Source: a virus
Lineage: Duplodnaviria > Caudoviricetes
Virus record (IMG/VR): IMGVR_UViG_3300005937_000001
Location: 1 to 64,000 of that record
DNA length: 64,000 nucleotides
Strand: one strand, 5' to 3'
Shown piece by piece: positions 23,314 to 31,696 of the stretch (position 1 is the first letter of the stretch; the number at the start of each line of letters is the position of its first letter). A program made the position numbers and the translations under genes. The notes under the pieces were generated by a model. That model was not told where the DNA came from. It did no database searches and worked only from the letters and a program-made list of their open reading frames with translations.

Positions 23314-24162
23314 ATGGGTACTACAGTCGTTCAAACCCGCTATGCGCCCTATATTGCGCCGGCGGTTGAAGGAATGATCTCCGAGATGACTGGCTCGGAG
23401 GTTGGCACTCGCATCTGCGAGACGCCCGCCGGCATCACGTTCGGCAAGGCTGTGAGCCAAGGCAACAGATCGAAAGGTTGCGTCCTTGGTGGCGCAAGCT
23501 TCGTCGGTATCAGCGTGCGTGACATCACGCTCGATCTGGTGTCGGTCGACCCACTTAGCACGGTCCCCAATCCACTTGACGCTTATGGCCAGTGGACCAA
23601 CGTCGCGGTGCTGAGCCGCGGTCACATCTGGGTCAAGCCGCAAGGCTTGGTCGCAGCTAACGACGCTGCTTTCTACGATCCTGCCACTGGCAGGTTCGGC
23701 AACAGCGCTAGCGGTCTTGCGGCTTCTGGCTGGGTGACGTTCGCACGCAATCCGTCGAACAACGAGACCTTGGTTATCAACGGCGCCACGCTCACGTTCG
23801 TGACCGGCACGCCGACCGGTGATCAAGTCAAGATTGGCGACACGCTGGGTGACACCCTTGCCAACGCAGCTGCGGTGATGGACGGCAGTGCGACTGCAGG
23901 CTTTGCCGCTCTGACGTTCCGTGCTGATCCTCCAGTCTATCCAGGCACGAGCAGCGGCGCCGATACGATCTTCATCCAGGCCAACGCTGTCGGCACTGCC
24001 GGCAACGCACTGGCGATCACTTCGGGCCCCGCGGGTATGACCAAGTCTGGTGCCACGCTTGCGGGTGGCACGGCCGCAGCCACAGCCATCGTCGCCGCTA
24101 AGTTTCTTGACGCTGCAGTTGCAGGTCAGCTGGCGCGCGTTTCGCTTGGCATCCAACAGTAA
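23314..24162 (+). CDS. head decoration / cement protein with an inserted beta domain
   Basis: Between protease and MCP; GITFGKAVSQG, FVGISVRD, VAVLSRGHIWV, AKFLDAAVAGQLARVSL. Confidence 0.75.
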   Translation: MGTTVVQTRYAPYIAPAVEGMISEMTGSEVGTRICETPAGITFGKAVSQGNRSKGCVLGGASFVGISVRDITLDLVSVDPLSTVPNPLDAYGQWTNVAVLSRGHIWVKPQGLVAANDAAFYDPATGRFGNSASGLAASGWVTFARNPSNNETLVINGATLTFVTGTPTGDQVKIGDTLGDTLANAAAVMDGSATAGFAALTFRADPPVYPGTSSGADTIFIQANAVGTAGNALAITSGPAGMTKSGATLAGGTAAATAIVAAKFLDAAVAGQLARVSLGIQQ

Positions 24163-24192
24163 CCAGGGCTGATGAGATAGGAGCACACGACT

Positions 24193-25143
24193 ATGTCGTT
24201 CAATATGTTTGCCGCAGATGCTCAGCAGCAAGCCCTTGGTTTCCTGGTGAGCCAGACCACCTACATCGAACCGCTCGTGTACAAAATTCAGTACCCAGAG
24301 CTGAATTATCGGGACCTTGTCCCGATCGATGCGAGCGCTAGCGAGTGGGCGAAGAGCGTTACTTTTTTCAGCGTTGACATGGTTGGTCGCGCTGATTGGT
24401 TCAACCATCTCGCACGCGACGTCCCGCTCGCTGACATCACTCGCGGCCGGCATGAGATCGGCATCGAGATGGCAGCCGTCGGATATCGCTACACGCTCGA
24501 AGAACTCGGGCAGGCGATGATGGTGCCGAACGTGAACTTGACGACGGATCGCGCGGCTGCGGCCAAGCGGGCGTACGAAGAGTTCGTCTACAACAAGTGT
24601 CTGTGGGGTGCGGTCGAGAAGAACTGGCTCGGCTTGCTCAACCACTCCGCGCCGACAGTGATCAACGCCGGCGCCACGTGGGCTTTCCAGCTCGCGCAGT
24701 CACCGGTGGGCACAACGCCCATCCTCAACGACATCAACGGCGTACTAACCAACATCTGGCAGGCATCGTTGACGATCGAGACCGCTGACACGTTGTTGCT
24801 CCCGCTCAAGAGCATGGCGCAGCTCGGCATCACGCAGCTCCCGAACACGACCATGAATCTCATGGAGTGGATCAAGCGCAACAATATCTACGCACAGACT
24901 ACCGGCACCCCTCTCAACATCACCGGTGTGCGTGGTCTTGACACTGCAGGCGCGAGCGGTAACGCGCGTGCGGTCGCGTATCGCAAATCACCAGACATCG
25001 TGAAGATGCACATCCCGATGCCGCATCGCTTCCTGCCTGTGTGGCAGACAGGGCCGATGGTGTTTGACATCCCTGGCATCTTCCGCCTCGCCGGCGTCGA
25101 GATCAGGCGTCCAGGTGCCTTCCGCTATCTGGATGGCATCTAA
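24193..25143 (+). CDS. major capsid protein (DUF2184 family, HK97 fold)
   Basis: ALGFLVSQTTYIEPLVY..QYPEL, YRYTLEEL..A, G..GLLN, RAVAYRKSPDIVKMHIPMP, AGVEIRRP.AFRYLDGI; strong ATAGGAG RBS. Confidence 0.9.
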   Translation: MSFNMFAADAQQQALGFLVSQTTYIEPLVYKIQYPELNYRDLVPIDASASEWAKSVTFFSVDMVGRADWFNHLARDVPLADITRGRHEIGIEMAAVGYRYTLEELGQAMMVPNVNLTTDRAAAAKRAYEEFVYNKCLWGAVEKNWLGLLNHSAPTVINAGATWAFQLAQSPVGTTPILNDINGVLTNIWQASLTIETADTLLLPLKSMAQLGITQLPNTTMNLMEWIKRNNIYAQTTGTPLNITGVRGLDTAGASGNARAVAYRKSPDIVKMHIPMPHRFLPVWQTGPMVFDIPGIFRLAGVEIRRPGAFRYLDGI

Positions 25144-25156
25144 CCAAGGAGCACTC

Positions 25157-25594
25157 ATGGCTGAACAAGCACGCGAAATTAACATTATCCGCGGCCCCGA
25201 TCTGCAAGCGCAGTATCACGCGCCAATGCGACCGGAGCCGTCACCTGAGCGACTGGCGGCCGATCACTCACGGGTAACGGTGACCAACACCAGCCCGAAC
25301 CAGAACCACATCGTGATCGACCGCTTCAATGTTGGCCACGAACTGCGGCCTGGTGAGAAGCGTGAGTTGGTTATGCTCAACGATGAGATCGCCAACTTTC
25401 AAGAGAATCGTCGCCCTGGGCGTTACTACCCTGAAATTCAAGCGGGGGACGAGCCCAAGCCGAAACCACCGCACCCGATCTTGATCGAAGGCGTGCCGGA
25501 CATGGTCGACGACGTGCGTGCGCGGCAAGAAACGCAGCAACGAGAAACTATGCGCAGGCGCGTAGAGGAAGCGAGAACCAAGGGCCGTGGCTAG
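25157..25594 (+). CDS. hypothetical virion-associated protein after MCP
   Basis: AAGGAG RBS; synteny. Confidence 0.65.
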   Translation: MAEQAREINIIRGPDLQAQYHAPMRPEPSPERLAADHSRVTVTNTSPNQNHIVIDRFNVGHELRPGEKRELVMLNDEIANFQENRRPGRYYPEIQAGDEPKPKPPHPILIEGVPDMVDDVRARQETQQRETMRRRVEEARTKGRG

Positions 25595-26006
25595 TAGCCA
25601 AGAGGTCATCGCTTTCCGCCTTGGCTATCCAGAGTTCAAAGCACTCTCGGACCCAGACATTGCGTCAGCATTCGATGATGCTGACGTGTGGCTCGATCCG
25701 CTCATGTGGTCAGTGCGGGACTATCCTACAGCCCGCGCTCTGTGGGTTGCGCACAATCTCAACATCTTGGCGATCCTGCTCGCGCAACAGCAGACCATGG
25801 GCGATCTGATGGGCTTCACCAACAATCAATTGAGGTCGATCGGTTTTGGTGAGCGACGTGTGGCCTTCGGCCAGGTACGCGGGCTCATGACCAAGCCCGC
25901 AGGGCCGGCGGCGAGCGCATCTGATCAGACGCTCGAAGAGACCTACTATGGCAAGCTGTTCTTGATGCTGATGCGACGCAACGTTCCGGCAATCATGACT
26001 GTTTGA
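25587..26006 (+). CDS. head-tail adaptor (DUF4054-like)
   Basis: FRLGYPEF...D..I...F...AH.L...ETYYGKLFLML. Confidence 0.8.
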   Translation: MASSQEVIAFRLGYPEFKALSDPDIASAFDDADVWLDPLMWSVRDYPTARALWVAHNLNILAILLAQQQTMGDLMGFTNNQLRSIGFGERRVAFGQVRGLMTKPAGPAASASDQTLEETYYGKLFLMLMRRNVPAIMTV

Positions 26007-26020
26007 GGGAAAAGTAGCTC

Positions 26021-26440
26021 ATGCCTCCAGTCCTCTGGCGCGGTTTCGAGCGTCTCGTCGACAAGATGGTCGACGCACAGTTCGGCGAGCCAGTCGAGCT
26101 GCACCCTTGGACGACAGCCACGGCCGCGACCGAGGGCGGGCCTGATCCCGCGCGTGAGGTGCTCGTTACGTGGGGTATTCTAGTGATGCCTGGCGCTGCG
26201 GCCCTCGGTGAGGGTGGCTCGGTATCAGTCGGCATGTCCACGCGCGTGGTCGCCAACGACACCTGGCTGAGCATTCAAGAGGACCGCTTGGCCAAGGCGA
26301 GACTGGAGACCTGGAAGGAAGGCGATCGTGTTTACTTCCCCGATCGCGATCAGTGGTTCACGGTTCTCTACCCCACGCCATCTGTGACAGCGCGTCCGCA
26401 GATTGAGCTTGCGCGTATGCAGAAGGGCACCCTAGAATAG
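26021..26440 (+). CDS. head-tail joining / closure protein
   Basis: VDKMVDAQFGEPVELHP...GDRVYF pattern; synteny. Confidence 0.65.
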   Translation: MPPVLWRGFERLVDKMVDAQFGEPVELHPWTTATAATEGGPDPAREVLVTWGILVMPGAAALGEGGSVSVGMSTRVVANDTWLSIQEDRLAKARLETWKEGDRVYFPDRDQWFTVLYPTPSVTARPQIELARMQKGTLE

Positions 26441-26443
26441 GGA

Positions 26444-26917
26444 ATGGGCGAATGTTCCGTTTCCGGCTGTGACCGCAAAGCGCGTGGCCATGGTTACTGC
26501 AAAAATCACTACTATCGCTTTGTGAAACACGGTGATCCACTGCACGTGGACAATGCTTGGGGCGAGGCTCAAAAGTTCTTTGAAGCACGTGTCCTCACGT
26601 ATCGGGGCAACAAATGCTTGATCTGGCCATTTGCGCGTAATGATTTCGGATACGCAATGCTGTGGCATGAAGGCCGGATGCATCGAGCTTGCCGATTGAT
26701 CTGCGAGGCTATCCACGGGTCGGCGCCAAAGCTGTTCTCAGCGCATTCGTGTGGCAAGGGCAAGCTGGGTTGCGTCAACCCAAAGCATCTTCGCTGGGCG
26801 ACTAAAGCGGAGAATGAAGCAGACAAACTGAAACACGGAACGAGCAATCGAGGACGACGACGTGTCATTACTCCGGCCAGTCATCAGAACGTGCGTAGTC
26901 GCCGCACTCAGAGATAA
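26444..26917 (+). CDS. second free-standing HNH / zinc-binding-loop homing endonuclease
   Basis: CSVSGC...YCKNHY..F.KHGDP; CLIWPF...GY...AHSCGKGKLGCVNPKHLRWATKAEN; paralog of 10401..10994. Confidence 0.85.
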   Translation: MGECSVSGCDRKARGHGYCKNHYYRFVKHGDPLHVDNAWGEAQKFFEARVLTYRGNKCLIWPFARNDFGYAMLWHEGRMHRACRLICEAIHGSAPKLFSAHSCGKGKLGCVNPKHLRWATKAENEADKLKHGTSNRGRRRVITPASHQNVRSRRTQR

Positions 26918-27770
26918 GACTTGGGCTGAAGAGCGTGTTTATGATTCTGACCTCACGCCGTTGGCAGAAGCAATTCTTGGTCAAGCTGCAAAGCCTTACA
27001 TCGTAGTTTACACTGACAGTGATGAGCGTACGCCAGAAGCCGGCGGCGAGATGTATAACGGCCGCTCCCGCTTACTGCAGATCGCAATCGAGATCGGCGT
27101 AGCATCAGCAGTGCACGACCCCGATCAGAGCGACAACATCGTTATTAAATTTAGCTCGGCCGATGAAGGACTAGAGTGGGCTTGCGATATTATCGAGAGC
27201 CAGGCCATTGCCGCTCTCTACGGTGATCCGCATTCCGACTGGGGTGACTTGCTCAAGCGCTTTGCCCCAACCGTCAAAAAGATGCCAAGCCGCCGCGGCG
27301 GCCAGAGCGAGAAGGGCATAAAGTTTGCGGCCAGGCGCACGGTCTTTGTGGTCAACACCATTGGCGACTTCGCGCCTGGCGTGGTGCCTGTGCCAGGCAG
27401 TCCGGTGTGGGACTTTCTACGTCTATGCAAGGCTTCTCCTGCTCTTGGCGTTGTGGACCGCGCTAGTATTGTGGAGCAGCTATTGACGACGACACCAAAC
27501 GCAGATTGGCGCATCGCACAGGCCTATCTCGGGCTCGACACGCAGAGCATCAAGAATCTCAACCCTGATGGCGTGCCGCTGCCGTGGGGTAAGTACAAGG
27601 TCGAGTTGCCGATAGAAGAGCCACCACTTGACGACAGTGATAAGCGCGATGAGCCCCCGCCGCTGAAGGACATCACGTTGCACGATGACGATCCGCGCGA
27701 GTTGCCGTCGCCGTGGGGTGTGGAGATCGAGCAGCTCGTGATTACGCGTCCGCTGCTGACCAGGAAATGA
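26862..27770 (+). CDS. tail completion / terminator-like protein
   Basis: AALRDKTWAEERVYDS...PYIVVYTDSD; neck-region synteny. Confidence 0.6.
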   Translation: MSLLRPVIRTCVVAALRDKTWAEERVYDSDLTPLAEAILGQAAKPYIVVYTDSDERTPEAGGEMYNGRSRLLQIAIEIGVASAVHDPDQSDNIVIKFSSADEGLEWACDIIESQAIAALYGDPHSDWGDLLKRFAPTVKKMPSRRGGQSEKGIKFAARRTVFVVNTIGDFAPGVVPVPGSPVWDFLRLCKASPALGVVDRASIVEQLLTTTPNADWRIAQAYLGLDTQSIKNLNPDGVPLPWGKYKVELPIEEPPLDDSDKRDEPPPLKDITLHDDDPRELPSPWGVEIEQLVITRPLLTRK

Positions 27771-28408
27771 CGGCGCGAGTCAAGGTTAAAGCTGACGATA
27801 TCTTGAGATGGGCGCGCTATCTCGACGCCGTGCCAAAGAAGACGCGGCCGGCAGTTGCGCGTGCGATCAACGATTATGGTTCACGCGCGGCTGAGAGCTA
27901 CTCGGAAATGCTCTCCGCGCGTACGGGCCTGGACGCGCACGAGATACGCAATCTGATCGAGATCAAGGAAGCGACGCCGGACAATCTGATCTGGGAGATG
28001 GATGCGAGCGCGGTCGCGATGCCGCCCTCTAATTGGGAGCGTCCTTGGGAAGCGCGCAGCGACAAGACGTTCCAACAGCAAACGCTGGTGAAAATCGTCA
28101 CCTCAGGTGATGACGTCACTTGCGATATCTGTGCGGAAGCTGCGTTGAACTCTCCCTACACGATGGAAGAGATCGGCAACCTTTCGAAGCGCTGGCAGCA
28201 CTGGGAACCAGCGGCAGGGGTGACCGGTACGCGCACCAATCTCCTGCACCCGAATTGCCGTTGCGTGCTGCAGCCATGGCGAGAGACGCGACGGTTATCA
28301 GTGTCGTTCGGCGGTAAGAGTGCGCCGCCTGAGTTACTCAACGCACGCCAGTTCGGGCGCCGCGTCGCAGACGAGCTGAAAGTGGTCATAAGGGCGATCA
28401 AGCTATGA
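27767..28408 (+). CDS. neck protein (lambda gpZ-like) carrying a MuF-type Cys/His segment
   Basis: PAVARAIND gpZ-like helix; internal VTSGDDVTCDIC...SPY..EE...HPNCRC. Confidence 0.6.
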   Translation: MTARVKVKADDILRWARYLDAVPKKTRPAVARAINDYGSRAAESYSEMLSARTGLDAHEIRNLIEIKEATPDNLIWEMDASAVAMPPSNWERPWEARSDKTFQQQTLVKIVTSGDDVTCDICAEAALNSPYTMEEIGNLSKRWQHWEPAAGVTGTRTNLLHPNCRCVLQPWRETRRLSVSFGGKSAPPELLNARQFGRRVADELKVVIRAIKL

Positions 28409-29355
28409 TCTTCAACGCACACGAACGTTTGTTGCATACCTTGGCTGAAACGCAGCGCCGAATGGCGACCGCCGATCGCATGGGCACGGTGCATGAGGTC
28501 AAGCAGGAAGGCGGCGAGCAAAAGATCAGGGTCGAGATGGGGCTCGATCCGAACGGCAAGCCGCTGATCGGCCCTTGGATGAACACCACCGACAAGCGCG
28601 GCGCCACGCGCGAGCAGCACCAATACAAAAAAGGCCAGAACGTCCGCATCAGCGGCCAGGATGGCGACTACCGCCAGGCCACGGTGACGGCATGGGCCGA
28701 GGGCAAGAGCTTCCCGCAGCCCGATAGCGCACCCGAGCACGGCTATGGCGACAGCTATCAGGCCGGCAAGCTCCACACCGGCAAATGGCTACCGGAAGAC
28801 GACCAGCAGCAAGGTGGCGGTGCAGGCCCCCAGGGTGGCGGCCAGAGTGGGGGCCAGAGCGGCCAGGGAGGCCAGCAGGGCGAGAAAAACCACCGGCATG
28901 AGGTCTGGATAGCCAAGGACGACAATAAGCCGCCAGCGCACTCGGGAAAGTCACGGATAATGCAAGGTGGGGATGGGGGTGGGCAGCAAGGGCAGCAACA
29001 AGGACAACAGGGGCAACAGCAAAAGAAGCTCGAAGAAGCGGTCATGGTTTCGACCGATGAAAAGAACGGCTTCACAGGTCGCGTAGGTAAAGACGTCAGA
29101 GTTGCTGCACATCCTGAAGGTGCAAAGACCCGCGCCGGCAAGACTTACTACTCGGCAAAGAAAGACGACAACGCGGTGATGCATACCGAGAAGCATCTCT
29201 ACAACCGCGTCAAAAAGAATTTCTATTACTTTGCTGAAGACGGCGTGCCGTACATCAACAAACCTTGGCAGATCAAAGAAGAGAAGAAGGACGATGAAGT
29301 GCCCAACGATGATCAATTGGGCAACAAGAAGTCAAAAGGCGGCGGTGGAAAATAG
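28405..29355 (+). CDS. baseplate central spike (P2 gpV-like) with G/Q-rich inserts
   Basis: GTVHEV...IRVEMG...IGPW...GQNVRI OB-fold pattern; position before W, J and I. Confidence 0.75.
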   Translation: MIFNAHERLLHTLAETQRRMATADRMGTVHEVKQEGGEQKIRVEMGLDPNGKPLIGPWMNTTDKRGATREQHQYKKGQNVRISGQDGDYRQATVTAWAEGKSFPQPDSAPEHGYGDSYQAGKLHTGKWLPEDDQQQGGGAGPQGGGQSGGQSGQGGQQGEKNHRHEVWIAKDDNKPPAHSGKSRIMQGGDGGGQQGQQQGQQGQQQKKLEEAVMVSTDEKNGFTGRVGKDVRVAAHPEGAKTRAGKTYYSAKKDDNAVMHTEKHLYNRVKKNFYYFAEDGVPYINKPWQIKEEKKDDEVPNDDQLGNKKSKGGGGK

Positions 29356-29364
29356 GAGGCTGCA

Positions 29365-29604
29365 ATGGCATCGCACAACACCAGTGCACGAAATCAATAC
29401 TTGGAACGTGAGGCCGGACGCAAGCCGGACCCGCTGTTCGAATACGAGGTGACTGATCCGAGCCACAAGCCCGATCTCAATGGTGAGCTGGCCGGTGGCA
29501 AAGTTTATCGCAAGGGCACCAAGGAGTTCGTACAGCTCACCAAGAGCCAGGCGATGTTTTATCTCGACAGTGGTTCGATCAAAGCTGTCGAGCCGCCGAA
29601 GTAA
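29365..29604 (+). CDS. small baseplate-region protein
   Basis: AGGAGG RBS; synteny. Confidence 0.65.
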   Translation: MASHNTSARNQYLEREAGRKPDPLFEYEVTDPSHKPDLNGELAGGKVYRKGTKEFVQLTKSQAMFYLDSGSIKAVEPPK

Positions 29605-29609
29605 ACTAG

Positions 29610-30731
29610 ATGGCAAAACAAGTTCTACCTGGCGCACCGTTTCTGATTGTTGGTGCGCCAGTCTTTGGCGTACCGACACTCAGAAGTCTTGCAGCTGCTA
29701 GTCTTACTGTTGCCTCGCCGGTTTTCGGCGAACTGATCATCCAGCGTGGTTTTCTCGATCCGTTAGGCATTACGACGGCGCCGGCGGAAGCCGGCATTGC
29801 AATTCAGTACACGACTGTTCTCAAACCGATCGACGATTCGATTGGTTCGCCAGTCATCGGGCAACCGTTACTGCGGCGATACATCCGGCCAACCGATCCG
29901 TTTGTCATTGGGTCGCCTGTACTGGGAACGCCGCGCTTCAGGATGCAGCGCATCCTAGGCTCGATCTCCACCGAGGCCGGCGCTCCTGTATTCGGCGATC
30001 CGTGGTTTTTCATCAACTACCACCTCACGCTGCCGCCCGCGGTTGGGTTGGTAGCTGGATCGGAAGACCTTGAAGCGCCCGCGCTCGGACTTCAGATCAA
30101 TCTCTCCGCCTGGTCGCTGCAGGTAGGCGCGCCAGTTTTTGGCAGCCCGTACTACACGCAGCGCTTCGCCGGCGTCGGTGATCTTCGCGGCCTGCCGGCA
30201 GAGCCCAGCAAGGCGACGCCCTACTTTCGCGAAATCAACGCGATCTGGCCGGACCTACTTAACCAGCGGGCAATCATCTCGCCCGCGCGTAATGGGGTCA
30301 ACCGCGAGACTGGTCGGCTACTCCAGGGCTGGGAGCACGTCGAGCAATCGATGAAGGTGATCTTCGCGACGCCGTTCCACGAGCGCATCTTGCGTCGCTG
30401 GGTCGGCAGCTATGTGCCGTACATCCTCGGCGAGACCTACGTAGCGCGCATTGTTACGCGGTTCTTCTGGGCGATCTCCGTTTCGATCGATCTCTGGGAG
30501 CCGAACTACCGCATCAAGCAGGTCTTCTACATGGGCGACGCGCTGAGCAAGTGGTCGCCCAAGATACTCGACGCGGTTGGCGAATATCGGCTCGGTCACG
30601 GCATCTTCCGCACCGAGGGCGTCTATCGCCCGCGCGCTCACCTCGGCGACGCCTCTCCATATCAGCCGCGCGCGGTCGCTCTGGTCGGCAACGGCACTGA
30701 AATTTGGGACCCAGCACTAGCGCAGCCATGA
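29610..30731 (+). CDS. baseplate wedge protein (gpW/gp25-like C-terminus) with N-terminal VGxPV[LF]G repeats
   Basis: GVNRETGRLLQGWEHVEQSMKVIFATPFHERILRRWVGSYVP...AISVSIDLWEPNYRI; about 7 repeats upstream. Confidence 0.8.
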   Translation: MAKQVLPGAPFLIVGAPVFGVPTLRSLAAASLTVASPVFGELIIQRGFLDPLGITTAPAEAGIAIQYTTVLKPIDDSIGSPVIGQPLLRRYIRPTDPFVIGSPVLGTPRFRMQRILGSISTEAGAPVFGDPWFFINYHLTLPPAVGLVAGSEDLEAPALGLQINLSAWSLQVGAPVFGSPYYTQRFAGVGDLRGLPAEPSKATPYFREINAIWPDLLNQRAIISPARNGVNRETGRLLQGWEHVEQSMKVIFATPFHERILRRWVGSYVPYILGETYVARIVTRFFWAISVSIDLWEPNYRIKQVFYMGDALSKWSPKILDAVGEYRLGHGIFRTEGVYRPRAHLGDASPYQPRAVALVGNGTEIWDPALAQP

Positions 30732-31696
30732 GCCGACTGAGCGTTATCAATCTTGCAGAACTGAAACGGATGGTGGTGCTGGAAAGCATTAGCACCGAAA
30801 AGATTCTGTTCGACCGTATGGAGCGCTTCAAGACGCTCTGGCTCACCTACGACCCACCCAACGGCGCGCAGTACGACGTCGGCGGGCTCGAGTTCGATCC
30901 GATAAAAATAACTCAGGAAAACTCCACCTTCTTCGAGTTGTTGTTGCGTGACCGTGTTAACCAGGCAGCCCGCGCAGTGACGCTCGCCTATGCAATCGGA
31001 ACCGACCTTGACGCCATCGCTAGCCGCTATCCTGGCGGCGTACCTCGTTTGCCTGACGAGCGTGATGATCGTTATCGCCGTCGCGTTTGGCTGAGCCCCA
31101 ACGTTCTCTCGCCGCACGGCACCGCCGAGATGTACGTGTTCTGGGCGCTCACCGGCGATCCGACCCTGCACGATGCCAGCGCGACGACGATCGAAGGCAC
31201 CGGCAAGGTGTTTGTCACGATCATGGCTGAGAGCGGCAGCTTGGCGAACGTTGCTTGGGTGCGCGATTACGATCGTCTCACTGGTCAATTTCTCCAAACC
31301 AGATGCGAGCCGGTGTTCGATCCGGTGCCAACGCTACAGCAGATCATCGACGTGCGCCTTTACATCCTCGATGAAGCGCGCCGCGGCTTGACGGACGAGA
31401 TCATCGTCTACGGTCCTCAAGTCACGAACGTCAACTACAAGTGCCGTATCTGGTTGTTTCCGAACGTCACTGTCGATTTGGCAATTTCCGCGATCGAGCA
31501 AGCCTTCACTGAGCTGATCGAGAAGCAACGCTGGATCGGTTATGACCACTCGCGCATGGAGATCGATGCCGCGCTGGCGCAAGTCGGTGTGCACCACGCC
31601 ATCATCGACGAGCCAGTCAAGGATGTCATGGTCGGTGACCGCGGCGTGGTGAAGGTCAATTCTGTTGAGGTGAGACTGGTCGGAAGGATGGAATAA
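30728..31696 (+). CDS. baseplate J-like protein
   Basis: RDRVNQAARAVTLAYAIGTDLDAIA, DERDDRYRRR, SPHGTAEMYVFWAL. Confidence 0.9.
   Translation: MSRLSVINLAELKRMVVLESISTEKILFDRMERFKTLWLTYDPPNGAQYDVGGLEFDPIKITQENSTFFELLLRDRVNQAARAVTLAYAIGTDLDAIASRYPGGVPRLPDERDDRYRRRVWLSPNVLSPHGTAEMYVFWALTGDPTLHDASATTIEGTGKVFVTIMAESGSLANVAWVRDYDRLTGQFLQTRCEPVFDPVPTLQQIIDVRLYILDEARRGLTDEIIVYGPQVTNVNYKCRIWLFPNVTVDLAISAIEQAFTELIEKQRWIGYDHSRMEIDAALAQVGVHHAIIDEPVKDVMVGDRGVVKVNSVEVRLVGRME

Noticed and set aside
23227-24645. Long reverse-strand ORFs opposite structural genes (also 14247..15362, 51195..52175, 53755..54726, 9433..10323)
   Set aside because: Antisense shadows of high-GC3 or repetitive genes; no RBS or recognisable motifs
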